Source: Octopus bimaculoides
Lineage: Eukaryota
Length of the DNA: 32,948 nt
NCBI RefSeq assembly: GCF_001194135.2
Contig: NC_068990.1
Coordinates: 11,217,559-11,250,506, forward strand
Reading direction: 5' to 3'
Shown: positions 1-11,717 of the stretch, piece after piece
Position numbering within the stretch: the stretch's first letter is position 1
Layout of the letters: each line of letters opens with the position of its first letter
Position numbers and translations under genes: made by a program
The notes under the pieces: generated by a model
Told to the model about the DNA's origin: nothing
The model's database searches: none
Seen by the model: only the letters and a program-made list of their open reading frames with translations

Positions 1-46
<46 letters not shown>
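1..46. repeat. (AT)n microsatellite, the internal microsatellite of the adjoining SINE
   Basis: Pure AT run abutting the SINE body at 47; other copies of this family carry an AT/GT tract at the same internal position (about 7475, 21372). Confidence 0.95.
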
Positions 47-232
47 GGCGGGCTTCTTTCAGCTTTCGCCTGCCAAATCCACTCACAAGGCTTTGATCGA
101 CCCGAGACTATAGTAGAAGACACATACCCAAGGTGCCACGCAGTGGAACTGAACCCCGGAATCGTGTGGTTGGTAATCAACCTACAAATACACAGCCACT
201 CCTGCGCCTATGTTGATATTCGTACGATTATT
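47..232 (-). mobile_element. tRNA-derived SINE, family A, 5' half
   Basis: The reverse complement reads ATAGGCGCAGGAGTGGCTGTGT...GGGGTTCAGTTCC...CCTTGGGTATGTGTCTTCTACTATAG...CAAAGCCTTGTGAGTGGATTTGG, matching the copies at 7336, 14712 and 21180; A/B-box-like motifs are present. Confidence 0.9.
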
Positions 233-778
233 CTTTTGCCATATCCATTATTTTGTGTTTCATTATTCTTATTGCTGTTTGATAACAATTGGCTGTTCCG
301 TGTCACAAGCTCGAGAGGGAAGTATGTTCCAGGTTAGAACGCCTATGTTTACATATCGGAAATTTCTTGTTTAAAAGTTCATACGATTGCAATAACTCTA
401 CTTTACACCATAGAACTAAGCTATGGAACTAGCCAGCATATTACAGGATGTGTTGAAGGACTCAAGGGTACATAAAAGAACATCACAAACATGAAATGCA
501 AGATGAAGATAACTGGCTTCAAACTAGCGTTTTGGTGAGGTCCTGCACAACACATTCCCTGACATCTAATCACGGCAAAATGCTGAAAAAGATTGAAACT
601 TTTCAGACAAACGTCATTCATATTATTACGTCATAGGCACAATTTTGAAAGGGACTTTCCAGCAATTGTTTCTCTCTCTCTCGCCTTCTCTCTCTATTTA
701 CTACTTCCTCCCTCTATCTATCTATCTATCTTTCACAGACACAATCACACACAAATTCGCATACACGAACATGCACAC

Positions 779-1217
779 ACATCCTTCATCTTCTCAATGT
801 CTTCAAAACGACTGTCTATGAGGTTCTTCGTCGCTTAGGGAACAACCAAAAGTCACAGGGAGTTAGGTCCAGACTGTAGGTACGGTGAAGGATAGTTTTG
901 ATGCCCACCTTTGTCAAGTAGCTGGTTACGATGATGAAATTGTGGACTGGTATATTGTTTTGGCGTGCACAGGTACCATTCTCGAGAGTGGAAGAAGTCT
1001 GGCTTTAGCGACGAAATCTCTTCAGATGTCCCTCATAACCTTAACAAAGTCCATTGTTTAGCTAAAATGAACACAGTGGGTGTAGATGATGCCCGTACTG
1101 TCGGAAAAACAGGGACCATCACGAGCTTCCCAATGGACTTGCTTTGACTGGTCTTCTTGGATCTTGGAGACCCAAGATGCTTCCATTGGTCAGTGCTTCT
1201 TGGTCTCTAGATGATGA
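779..1217 (-). mobile_element. mariner (DD34D-type) transposase fossil, catalytic-domain fragment
   Basis: Hand translation across frameshifts gives QWKHLGSPRSKKTSQSKSIGK, FSDSTGIIYTH and QNNIPVHNFIIVTSYLTKVGIKTILHRTYSLDLTPCDFWLFPK. The last matches the mariner HQDNAPxH...HPPYSPDLAPxDF motifs. Confidence 0.9.
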
Positions 1218-1295
1218 CACGTTAATTTCCCGTGCAAGCTGTTTTGTTGATCGATTCAACTGGAACCCTCGTCGTGGTAACCGACGGAGTGCTAA
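1218..1295 (+). mobile_element. SINE family C, 3' fragment
   Basis: CACGTTAATTTC...AACTGGAACCCTCGTCGTGGTAACCGACGGAGTG matches the 3' end of the copy at 6676-6952. Confidence 0.85.
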
Positions 1296-1300
1296 CCATC

Positions 1301-1302
<2 letters not shown>

Positions 1303-1343
<41 letters not shown>

Positions 1344-1344
1344 A
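1303..1344. repeat. (AG)n microsatellite
   Basis: Direct reading of the sequence. Confidence 0.95.
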
Positions 1345-1374
1345 AGTGTGTGTGTATATACTTTTAGAAGGTAT

Positions 1375-1683
1375 GTGGTTTAATGCTTAGGGAATTCGGA
1401 GCATGATGGTAAGGTCGTGAGTTAGATTCGCATTGTGTTCTTGAGTAAAACACTTTATTTCACATTATCCCAGTCAATTCAGCTGGAAAAATAAGACTTG
1501 CATCTGTAATTTAAAGGGCCAGCCTTGTTACATTCTGTGTCATGCTGAATCTCCCTGAGAATTACTTTAAGAGAATTGCGTGTCGATGGAGTGCTCATCC
1601 ACTTGCATGTTAATTACACGATCAGGCTGTTCGCTCGATTGTGTCAAGTGGAACGCTCGTCATCGTAGCCGACGGTGAACCTC
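1375..1683 (+). mobile_element. tRNA-derived SINE family C (CORE-like central segment)
   Basis: Degenerate tRNA head, then TTGTGTTCTTGAGTAAAACACTTTATTTCAC (CORE-like), then a body and tail shared with 6676-6952. Confidence 0.85.
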
Positions 1684-1688
1684 TGTGT

Positions 1689-1767
<79 letters not shown>

Positions 1768-1849
1768 TTTATAAATTTATGTATATGCACGGTTATGCAT
1801 ATGCATATGTTTATGTGTATGATGCGTGTTTCTGTATGTGAGAGAAAGG

Positions 1850-1882
<33 letters not shown>

Positions 1883-1974
1883 TAGAGAGATAGAGAGAGA
1901 GAGATAGAGAGAGAGAGATAGAGAGAGAGAGATAGAGAGAGAGAGATAGAGAGAGAGAGATAGAGAGAGAGAGA
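1684..1974. repeat. (GT)n tract (1684-1766) and compound (GA)n/(GAGAGAGATA)n tract (about 1840-1974)
   Basis: Direct reading; these tracts explain the ORFs at 1641-1994. Confidence 0.95.
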
Positions 1975-2089
1975 AGTAGTGCAAAGAAGTTCAAAATGTA
2001 TCCATAGTGTAATTATGACGTCATAATATCAGTGATGTTTGCCTGGAGCTTTTTCTTTTCAATTTTTTTCTCTCTTTCAACCTCAGACG

Positions 2090-2600
2090 GTGATTAGAGA
2101 GAAGGAAATATGGAAAGCAGTTGAGGAAGTTTTCTATACTTCGTCCATTGGTGTCGAATGAAGACGACATCTTCGACAACACTGAATTTCGAATTAGGAA
2201 GCATCCATACAAGAACTAGAGGATAACGTCTAATCGTGACTGTAATAATCTTTATGTGTGGCTGAATCCACGGTTATGGCGGCAGTTTCTTCCTAAAATT
2301 GAGGAATATATTCGCTGTAAAAATAGTTCGGCCATCAATGTTTCCTAGATGGTTCATTCATAAGTAATCAATTAAGTCCATGTTTGTATTTCACTACACA
2401 ACACTTCAGCATTTGATACTCCCATGCTGGATGTACACGCAACCGTTACTGCTTCTCTGAATACTACACATGCCATGCGGATGAAAAACGGAAGTGGCGA
2501 TATTTCACTAGCGCAGACGAGTATAATACCTCAACAGCTACAGTGAAAGCATTTCACCTTTACTTGGATATCAGTCAAGCTTTTGACATACCCTCTTATC
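2090..2600 (+). mobile_element. possible highly degraded LINE reverse transcriptase remnant
   Basis: IREKEIWKAVEEV (about 2094) and LYLDISQAFD (about 2560) resemble the RT motifs 'EEVxKAL' and 'xLDFSKAFD'. Their spacing of about 470 nt fits LINE RT. The intervening sequence is poorly conserved. Confidence 0.35.
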
Positions 2601-4395
2601 CTCTAGACACTGATATGTGCGTAGATTAATTCTTTTCTTTGAAAGTGAGATGGTGGTTACACCTATCAGACTCGCTCGTTCTCACTCAATATGCCCAGTG
2701 GCAAGATAAATTAAACTCTACTGCATGAGAATACAGGAGATACGCAAAATGGCTAAACAGCTATACAGAACTTACAATACCATCTAACTTGGTCTATGAC
2801 GAGCATAAAATATTATATGTTTCCAGGCATCATCACGAGTTTCGTGATAGTACGTTGTTCCATACACAGTTAATCACACTGTTCTACTGCTGGCTACTTC
2901 GATATTGTTTCCTTATTTCTTCCAGGAAACATTCGAATGAAATACGAGCATGCCTCTGAGATAACAAATATTTAATGTGCATACACATATACATAATAAG
3001 AAGACCATTGGCTCCCTTGGATGACCATCGACCATTTGGTAGATTTTGCTTCTTGTAGTGTCTAAAATTACTTACCTCAAAACACGAGCTTACCAGTAAC
3101 GACCACTATGTCGTACACTGACCACCATGTAACGAAGTATATTGATTATTGTTTACTGTTAGCAACATCGTGGGTCTTCATCGTATGCACACGCATGCAC
3201 ACATTTGTGGCCGCGTATGTAAGTAGATATACGTATGTATTTATGCATGATATTTGCAAGATGTTAATTTAAGCAATTCGTATAGATGTAAGGCTAATTT
3301 ATGTAAGTAGCCTCGCAGAGCGCTCCAGATTTATGCATTTTTTTATGCAATCAAGATGCTATGAAGTTTCAAACATGTCTAGTACCTCTTGCAAAGGATA
3401 CAGTCTTCTCTTCGTTTTTACATAGGAAGTCTGATATCTCTTATGCAATTTCTTACTTTTGGTTTAAAACTCAGCAATGCTACTGACAGCGAGGAAGCAC
3501 AAAGAGGCGGCAAAAATCTGTGAAAATGGAGCAATTACCTGTATGCATATATGTGTGCATGCATGTACGTATGCATGTCTGCATGTACATATATATGCGA
3601 ACATACCTACATGCAAGCATGAAGTGCAATGAGAGAGATTTGGTTCCTAATTCTACAAGAGCTACCTATTGTTCGGTGAATCTCCTGGGCGGATCAAATG
3701 TACATCTGAAGATAAGAGAATAATTTATATTACGGGGAATGTGGTTGCATGGTTTGTTCATGCATAGATATCCACATAAAACACTAGAGAGTGATGTGAG
3801 GGAGACCGAGTTATAGTTTCCATCATGACTTGATATAAGATACATCTGCTTTCGTAGATTATTAGGTATTTTACGTGGATACATAAGATTTGTGTACGTA
3901 CAAGTATTACACACGCACATACACACGCAAGTATACGTACACACTGAGACACACACACATACACACGCACACACAAAAGCATATATACACACATCCACCC
4001 ACACGTCCACACCTAAAAATACAGACACACGCATATAAAAACACACGAACTTGCGCATTCAGATAAACAACACACACATATAAAGAAACTGAATATGTCC
4101 CGAGTGTGTATGGAGCACGCGCCTGCGCGTGCATACGTGTGTGAGACAGAAACAAGATTAGAATGCCAAAGGGATGATGGAAGAGAGAATGCATAAAAGA
4201 GACAGAGAAATAAGCACAACCTTTAAAACAAACACAAAATACACCCATACACAGAGACTCAGAAACGTGCGCACGCTTTTAACAAAAGATATATATGGTT
4301 ACACGTTTTCAGTAGTAGTGTTATACGCAATATATCGAACTTTTATGGAAGAGTCCATTTTGTTTTATTAAAGAAATATCTCGAAATGATGCTCA

Positions 4396-4560
4396 GACGT
4401 GTCTGTGTGGTGAGAACTTTACTTCCAAACCACATGGTTCCGGGTTCAGTCTCATTGCATGGCACCTTCGGCAGGCGTTTTATGATATAGCCTCGGGCCG
4501 ACCAAAGCCTTGTGGGTGGATTTGGTAGGCGGAAACTGAAAGAAGTCCGTCATATGTGTG
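4396..4560 (+). mobile_element. SINE family A, 5' half
   Basis: CCACATGGTTCCGGGTTCAGTC...GCCTCGGGCCGACCAAAGCCTTGTG...GGAAACTGAAAGAAG is shared with the other family A copies. Confidence 0.9.
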
Positions 4561-4699
4561 TGTGAGAGAGAGGGGAAGTGAGAGAAAGAAAGAGAGAGTG
4601 TACACCTCCGGTAACAATGCATTTTCTCACATTGTTCTACCTTATGAATGATGCTACGTCGAGGGCTAGGCAAGCAGACCAACTTGGCCCTGAAGGAAT

Positions 4700-4812
4700 A
4701 CTAGTCCTTCGGACTGGAGTAACGTGAAATGAATTTTTTTGCTCAAGAAAACAATGTATTGCCTGGTCCGGGAATTGAAGCCACGATCTTGCAATCGTGA
4801 GTACAGCTCCAG
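4700..4812 (-). mobile_element. tRNA-derived SINE head fragment (family C-like)
   Basis: The reverse complement contains CACGATTGCAAGATCGTGGCTTCAATTCCCGGACC...TTGTTTTCTTGAGCAA (B-box plus CORE-like start). Confidence 0.7.
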
Positions 4813-5822
4813 AACTTCTAATCCACACACATTCTCATATGCATGTGTGCGTGTGTGCGTGTGTGTATGTGTGTGAAAACGTACGTGTGTGTCTGTAAAT
4901 ATACTGAAAACCTGGGTTTACCCTTTCAATAAGTATCAAATATTAAATTAAGTGAAAGATCGTTAAGCGATAGACTAGTTTTACTTGAATATAATGTTGT
5001 AAACGTGGTTACGTTTTTGATGAAATTTTCATGACTTTTTAAAGTGTTATATAAGGAACAATAAAACAATTTAGGCATAACCAATATGTTAACACCTTGC
5101 TTGCACACGAATCAATCACCTGCTAATAATAGACAATGAAGTGGTGTTTGGGGGATTTTTTTTATTCATGACTCGATGTTGTTTCGCCGCTTAATTTTAT
5201 AGTGCAACACTCAATTCTGCTTTACCGCTCATATTTCGGTTCCCTTGAAGAAGTCTCTTATTTTCTTTACTTTTAGATTTATTTATTCATTTGTGTGTGT
5301 GTGCGCATGTGCGTGAACAGTTTCTTGCTTTCATAGCAGTCTTTTTTTTTTTTATAAATGTTACTATTAAACGTTGTTGAATTTAATTATATTTTCAGCA
5401 GCTTTTCTACTTCATTCGAAATTGAATCTTTGGAAATAATATAATCACTATTCGGATGCGGGGAAAAAAGCTTCGCCAGGCTCTAGTTTTCAAAGTTTTG
5501 GGGTAATGGTTGCCATCTTTCACCGAATCACGTTTTACAAACGCCTCTACCCATATTTGGCAAAAACAAAACGAACAAAAGCAGCAGATTATTTTAAACA
5601 GAGGCGAATTTTGCCCAGTGGTTTTACTATTTATATTTTCTGATAGTATCCCATCTAATATGCGCCCCATCTAACAAATACTTCACGTCTATGCTAATTT
5701 TTCATGAAAATTATTTCAGAAGGCAAGGACTTGTATAATGAATTTTTGTCAAACCTTAATGCATCATCAGTCGTGTTTCCTGCTCACTAATAACAAAAAT
5801 GCTCGATTTCTATTCTAATGCT

Positions 5823-5865
5823 ACATATACTGAAATCGGAACGATACAAAAAAGATTAGCATGGC
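5823..5865 (+). pseudogene. U6: U6 snRNA pseudogene fragment, truncated at both ends
   Basis: ACATATACTGAAATCGGAACGATACAAAAAAGATTAGCATGGC matches metazoan U6 ACATATACTAAAATTGGAACGATACAGAGAAGATTAGCATGGC at 39/43. All four differences are transitions, and the ACAGAGA box is changed to ACAAAAA. Confidence 0.9.
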
Positions 5866-5869
5866 ATTC

Positions 5870-7140
5870 CTTGTTAAATATTCTGGTTAAACATTGCATT
5901 TCTAGGAAAATTCACGAACTCTAAGCTCTCAGCACTCTCCATTTGGATCCTATTACATTTGTACCCCTTCCCTGTGCCACATCCTTGTGAGTTCATAATG
6001 CCTCTAATTCACACTATTGCTCAGGTTAAGAACTACACGTCTAGCGTTTTAAGAGCAAAATAACAGACAGGAGTTTTTATTGTTACATCTTCTTTAAATT
6101 TTTTCATAGTATCCTTTCATTTCAATGAGGTCTTCGTTTCTAAGCTCTTGGACACATAACTGAATTAAATCATATCAGCCGTTCGTAAAAATTACAATCT
6201 GCTGCTGATTAGAAAAATCGCTCTTCTTTTATTTTGAACAACTTTTCTAGTTCAAATCCTTCAAAATTTTCAATAAATTAATGGCAGACTTCTTTCTTTA
6301 CGTCGCCATACGTCGCCCATATTTTTCATTGTAATTTCGTTCTAGGTTCCTTTTCTTATATTTATTTCACCTAGAACATTAATTAAATTTCAAAATTCGC
6401 TTTGTGTTTGCTCTCCCTCTTTATCAATAGCATTTATTAACCGATCAAAAGTGTGCCGAACGCTTAAATGTTGTCTTAATTCTTAATTCGTAATTTGTTA
6501 ATCTGATTCATTTCAGTGGGAAACATGAACATTAATCGAAAATATAGGTAGCGACGTTGTAAAGATTGTTGATAACATGTGCATTATCTACGATTGTAGC
6601 ACATTAAATGGAATATATTTGTCTTGAAAATACTTGAATATATATTTTTTTAATTCTACTACAACGAGACTCTGAAGGCGCGTGGCTTAGTGGTTAGGGC
6701 ATTCAGCTGGCGACTCTAAGGTCGTGAGTTCAATTCCCGGCGATGCGTTGTGTCTTTGGGCAAGACACTTTATTTAACGTTTCTCCAGTACCCACAACTG
6801 TATTTCAAAGGGCCGGTCGTGTCACGCTGAATCTACCTGAGAACAACGTTAGCGGGTACATGTGTCTATGGATTGCTCAGTTAATTTCACGAGCAAGCTG
6901 TTCAGTTGCTCGTATCAGTTGGGACCCTCGTCGTCGAAACCGACGGAGTGCTCCTACGAGGTAATCAAAAAGCAACCGTCAACGCAAGTTTTTTTTTAAA
7001 TTTTATTTACCTTTCATATCACTAGAAATCTAGCTTGTATGTGGAGTTGAAATTTCGACACAATGCACAAGTTCTGGCCTTAACATAAAATCTTCAAAAC
7101 AGAACATTTAGTGATATTTAACAACGTTAAAATCAGGCAT
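5870..7140 (-). mobile_element. pogo/Tigger-family transposase fossil, interrupted by a SINE
   Basis: Fragments in the expected order on the minus strand: DFMLRPELVH (about 7100), KYFQDKYIPFNVL/IVDNA (about 6600), TFDRLINAIDKEGEQ, FIENFEGFE, ELRNEDLIEM and DPNGE. These parallel the Tigger motifs DMKLKPLLVY, KYCLEKDIPFKILLIVDNA, FVRDFKGF, ELTNEELLEL and DPN. Many stops and frameshifts. Confidence 0.8.
6676..6952 (+). mobile_element. tRNA-derived SINE family C, near full length, nested in the pogo fossil
   Basis: A-box GTGGCTTAGTGG, B-box GAGTTCAATTCC, CORE-like TTGTGTCTTTGGGCAAGACACTTTA, and tail CCCTCGTCGTCGAAACCGACGGAGTG. Confidence 0.92.
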
Positions 7141-7162
7141 AGTTTTTGTTTGTTTTTTTTTT

Positions 7163-7204
7163 NNNNNNNNNNNNNNNNNNNNNNNNNNNNNNNNNNNNNN
7201 NNNN
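7163..7204. other. assembly gap
   Basis: N run between poly-T and poly-G. Confidence 1.
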
Positions 7205-7335
7205 GGGGGGGGGGTGTATTTTTCCCTTCTATTGCCGTGTGGTTCCTTGCAGGAATGCACTTCCAAATTCGGCACATTTCATCATCAGTAACAATTTGTA
7301 AACATATGTAAACATCTTCCAGTTATTTCGTGAAC

Positions 7336-7722
7336 AGAGTGACTGTGAGGTAAGTAGCTTGCTTACCAGCCACATGGTCCCGGGTTCCTTGGGAAAGTGT
7401 CTTCTACTGTAGCCTCGAGCCGACCAAAGCCTTGTGAGTGGATTTGGTAGACAGAAACTGAAAGAAGCCCGTCGTATATATATGGATGTGTGTGTGTGCG
7501 TGTGTGTGTGTGAGAGTTTGTGTGTCTGTGTTTGTCCCTCCATCATCGCTTGACAACCGATGGTGGTATGTCTAAGTCCCCGTAACTTAGTGGTTCGGCA
7601 AAAGAGACCGATAGAATAAGTACTAGTCTTACAAAGAATAAGTCCAGGAGTCGATTTGTCCAAGTAAAGGCGGTGCTCCAGCAAGGCCGCTGTGAAATGA
7701 CTGAAACAAATAAACGAATAAA
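7336..7722 (+). mobile_element. SINE family A, near full length, with a small deletion after the B-box
   Basis: Colinear with 21205-21600 and with the reverse complement of 14712-15124, including the internal AT/GT microsatellite and the GAAACAAATAAA tail. Confidence 0.92.
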
Positions 7723-8529
7723 TTGACTGCTACATTTCCTTCACTCACAGCTTCTATTGGCACTTATACACCATCCCAACAAACACATTGTTTCGTTATA
7801 TATATATATAAGTATATATATATCTGAAAAATCTGACATTACTTACAGTAAACGCTTCTTCACAATCACCTTCTTATCTTTAAGCATCTGCAGGATAATG
7901 GAAGATCTTTCACAAATAATAGTTTGTTTAATAGAGATGATTAATCAGTGCGTTTAATCAACTGTGTTGATAAATAAGAGACCTCAGATTGATCCGCTTT
8001 GTATTACGTATCTTTACCTGCGTACGTTGCAAGAACTGTGCACTTTTAATTTCATTCCAATATTTTACTTTATCCAATTAAAATCGAAAGAAAATACTGA
8101 AGTTAAACTTATAACGGCTTTTCCATGTGATTTTTTATCATTTACAATCACTGTACTTGTTTCTGAATTTATTGCCTTTTATTTCTATATACTATCAATT
8201 GCGTTCACCGTCGTAATATCTTTTCGTTTTGCTACACGGTAAGCGTGGATTCAACTGTTTTAAGATGATGGAGTAGTAGAAAGATTACAAATACACTATT
8301 TTAGGTTTACAAAATAACTCAATGTCTGAATGGATCAACGAATACTCGTGTACAAACTATCGATGTACATTGCGCGTAATTTAAATTTTCATGCAATTAC
8401 CATAAACATATAGCCATTATTTTTCTGCAATTAACTTTAAAATTTTTAGGTTTATTGCGTTTGAAAATCAGCATTAAAATGAAGGAGTAGGTGACTGTTA
8501 AACCAAAACATTATATGCGCGTGTGTGTC

Positions 8530-8574
<45 letters not shown>

Positions 8575-8576
<2 letters not shown>

Positions 8577-8743
8577 CTTGCGGGGTTTTTTTTTCAACAA
8601 ATTCTATTCAACAAAAGCAATAACAACGCGTAACAAAAACATCTTTAAATGATTATTCCGGAGCATATTCACCATCTACTTCAACTATTGCTTCCCATTT
8701 GCTTGTCAGACGGTCATACAGTCATTTAAAGATGTTTTTGTTA
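8575..8743 (-). mobile_element. mariner 3' terminus fragment with an inverted duplication
   Basis: The minus strand translates LYDRLTSKWEAIVEVDGEYAPE*, resembling the mariner C-terminus (Mos1 LPERWEKCVASDGKYFE). The fragment abuts (TA)n and carries a perfect 22-bp inverted repeat at 8631-8652 / 8722-8743. Confidence 0.7.
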
Positions 8744-9540
8744 AATATAGTTATATATATATTAGAAAAAATAATAATCAGGCACTCAGATGTCTGGATG
8801 GTTGTACATTTACAGATCTTTTTTCATATGACACATGTTTTATAAATTAGCGCTTTCACCTAGTCTTGTAGGGTTTTCAGTGATTATTATTTTTTTCTAA
8901 TACATAATTCCTGTACATCACTTCCAAACCTTCCAACACACACACACACACACACACACATAATTATCCATATATATATATATATACATATTTATATATA
9001 TATTCGTGTGTGTGTGTGTGTGTTTATCAATTCAAATTGTTTGTTTCTTTTATCGCTGATTTCTTCCGAACATTAAGTTCCGAATAATTCTTCGATGAAT
9101 AAAGCAATTTTGTAAACTTGTGTGTGTGTGTGTGTGTGTGTACTGTGTACATGCATGTATGTGCGCGCGTACGCTCTCTTGTGTGTGCAAATTCATGCAC
9201 ACACACGCACAGAGACAGGCAAGTATACGTGCGTGCAACAAGCAAGGTATATTTAGAGGAAGATCAAAATAAAAATTCCTCGAACACTGATCCTTTTTAT
9301 TGCTATAGATTTTATGAACCATAAATACACTCCACTGTAATCTATGACAGTTAAATTCCCACCATCATAACCGCTGTTTGTATGTCTCTAGTGGTGGTGG
9401 GGAGAAATACATTTTCTGGGGGTGGGGTGTTTTTCTCGCCAGTGGAAAAAGATCTTTTTTCTAACAATGGAAGAAAGCTTCTTTATTTTAGACTACCCCA
9501 AGGGGGTACTCTAGAATATTTGTATCTATATACGTATATA

Positions 9541-9690
9541 GTGGAGACGCGTGGTTTAGTGGTTATGGTGTTGAACTTTTGATTGTAAGATCGTAGTATC
9601 AATTCCTGGACCGGACGACACAATGTGTTCTTGAGCAAAACATTTCAAGTTGCTCCAGTCCACTCATCTGGCAAAAGGGAGTAATCCTGT
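9541..9690 (+). mobile_element. SINE family C, 5' part
   Basis: GCGTGGTTTAGTGGTTA...AATTCCTGGACC...TGTGTTCTTGAGCAAAACA...GTTGCTCCAGTCCACTCA. Confidence 0.8.
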
Positions 9691-10406
9691 GACTGACCGG
9701 CTGAGAAATTTGCTTTCCCACTTGAGTTCCGGACCCGGTTATGAATTCATTTGCATACAGTCAATCAGAGCTCAACTATCAAACTAATTTATGAACGCCT
9801 AACAAGTGAAGGGCGATAACATAAGGTCACTTGTGTAAGAAATGACCACACTTCTTTTTTTTCTTTTAATAATGCCTGTTGTTCTTCTTTTTTCAACTAT
9901 GGTTGTCTCTGCGTAGTTATTTGTGTTGTTGTTTACTTTGTAAAACAGTAAGGGGAGAGGGTTGCTAACACATCACCCTGGACCCACATTTTTCCCATCC
10001 ACATCTTTACCATATGGGGTCCTAATAAAATCTGATAATCGGTATAAATGCAAATCTATTTAATTACTTGTCTCCTTCTAAAATCAGGCATGACTTGGCG
10101 ATCGGTCGACTTACAAGACCGTTCTTCGTCTTGAGTTCACACACAACAGATGTAGATGTTTGCATTTTAACATGATGGTTGTTTTAATTTTCAAATTGCT
10201 CCGGTATTCTTTTGACCTAGCGTTTTCAGTATAGCCAACATTGTTGGTTTTTTTTTCTTCAATCTGTTCATATATTTTTTATACGCATGTATGCATTCAT
10301 GCCTACATGGATGCATGCATGTGTGTATGTATTATGTACGTACGTACGAGCATGCATATGCATGTGTACAAATATGGATGCCGTAGCACTTAACGGTTTT
10401 TGTTTT

Positions 10407-10449
<43 letters not shown>

Positions 10450-10484
10450 ATATTCACATGTGGGAAAATGCACTTCTTCCGTGC

Positions 10485-10990
10485 TAAATGCTTCAAATAT
10501 TTCACGCAGTTTTACAACCCCGATACCTGACTTTTAGTCGCAACTTTCTAAATAACTGACTTTATCGTAGTATTGTGAAACCCAACCTCCTAAAATTGAC
10601 GTTGTAGCAGTCATTTACATACCTAAGTCTCCCAATAATTACAGGTATAAGCCTAACGCTAGATTCCGGGCAAAGTAACTAAAATTAATGCATAAGTTTG
10701 GCATAAATACCTTTTTATCACTATTCTCTGACATTATGCTGAAATCTGCTGAGCAACTGGAATCTACTGCAGGACACAATTGTGCCTGACGTCTAAGATC
10801 ATTGCGTCCAGTCTGTTATGCTTGTGTTTTACTGAGATCTTAGCATTCTTTCGTAGTATGAGTGATTATGGTCTCCACATCACTGCAATTTCTTATATTT
10901 TTATCTTCGCGACTATCCCTTCAAGGATTGCATTGATCTATATCTTTCACTTGTTATCATATCTTATCGGATTGTGATGACATATTCAGG
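10485..10990 (-). mobile_element. RLE-type non-LTR retrotransposon 3' fragment (R4/Dong-like), degraded
   Basis: Across frameshifts: KHKHNRLDAMILD, SSCSADFSI, LLCPESSVRLIPVIIG, RRLGF, SGIGVVKL. This parallels the restriction-like endonuclease C-terminus HNRPDIVIWD...VSCPADVNI...FIPIIVG...LGF...GTVKICKTFL. Confidence 0.65.
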
Positions 10991-11039
10991 CGGGTGCTTC
11001 TCGTTTTCATTACATATCCATTCAATACCATCTGGATTG

Positions 11040-11445
11040 AAGGCGGCGAGCTGGCAGAATCGTTAGAACGCCAGGTGAAATGCTTAGCGGTATTTCGTAT
11101 GCCGCTACGTTCTGCGTTCAAACTCCGCCGAGGTCGACTTTGCCTTTCATCCTTTCAGGGTCAATTAAATAAGTACCAGTTAAGCACTCAGGTCGACTTA
11201 ATCATTTTGTCTGTCCTTGTTTGTCCCCTCTGTGTGTAGCCCTTTGTGGGCAATAAAAAAATAAGAAACGTTAGTACGCTGGGCGAAATGCTTAGCAATA
11301 TTTCATCTGTCTTTACGTTCTGAGTTCAAATTCCAACGATGTTGACTTTCGGGGTCAATAAATTAAGTACCAATTGTGTACTGGGGTCGATGTAATCAAC
11401 TGGCCCCCTCCCCCAAAATTTCGGGCCTTGTGCCTACAGTAGAAA
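11040..11445 (+). mobile_element. two tandem tRNA-derived SINEs of family B (Nin/Deu-like central domain), 11040-11263 and about 11264-11445
   Basis: Head GGCGGCGAGCTGGCAGAATCGTTAG...GTTCAAA, followed by GACTTTGCCTTTCATCCTTTC.GGGTC.ATAAAT.AAGTACCAG. The second copy starts in the tail of the first. The domain name is from memory. Confidence 0.88.
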
Positions 11446-11717
11446 AGAGTACCATCTAAGTTAGTTGCTGCATCCAGTGTTTTACTTTTAAACTCAGCTA
11501 CACTAGTTCCGGGAACAGGTGCGTGAGATGAGCAGTCAACGGAATACTCCTTGTAAGGACCGATGAAGATCCCTTCATGTTTCTTTTTTTTACTTTGAGT
11601 GCGCGCGTGTGTACAACAAGCTTTATTCGTAGTCAATAAACAAATATAATATTTTGTATTCATATCATAGTCATCTGCGTTAAGTCAGCATTTTATTCTG
11701 GAACTTGTCACTAAATA

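Noticed and set aside
430-640. Possible RTE-like RT C-terminal remnant (TSVLVRSC...MLKKIETFQ)
   Set aside because: The similarity is too weak to call without an HMM search.
2087-2218. Terminal host exon after a strong polypyrimidine-CAG acceptor (TVIREKEIWKAVEEV...)
   Set aside because: It is explained at least as well as part of the degraded LINE RT remnant, and it lies outside the CpG-depleted block; RNA-seq is needed to decide.
1641-4248. Val/Cys/His/Thr/Ser/Leu-repeat ORFs
   Set aside because: These are translations of (GT)n, (CA)n and (GA)n tracts.
5823-5865. Functional U6 gene
   Set aside because: Only 43 nt are present, the ACAGAGA box is mutated, and the 3' half and terminator are missing.
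7964-8242. Hydrophobic 92-aa ORF ending at a GTAAGC donor-like site
   Set aside because: T-rich DNA yields F/I/L-rich frames by chance; there is no recognisable domain or convincing acceptor.
9747-10055. Octamer motifs ATTTGCAT and ATGCAAAT as an snRNA-type promoter
   Set aside because: No linked snRNA gene or PSE is visible; 8-mers like this are expected by chance in 33 kb of AT-rich DNA.
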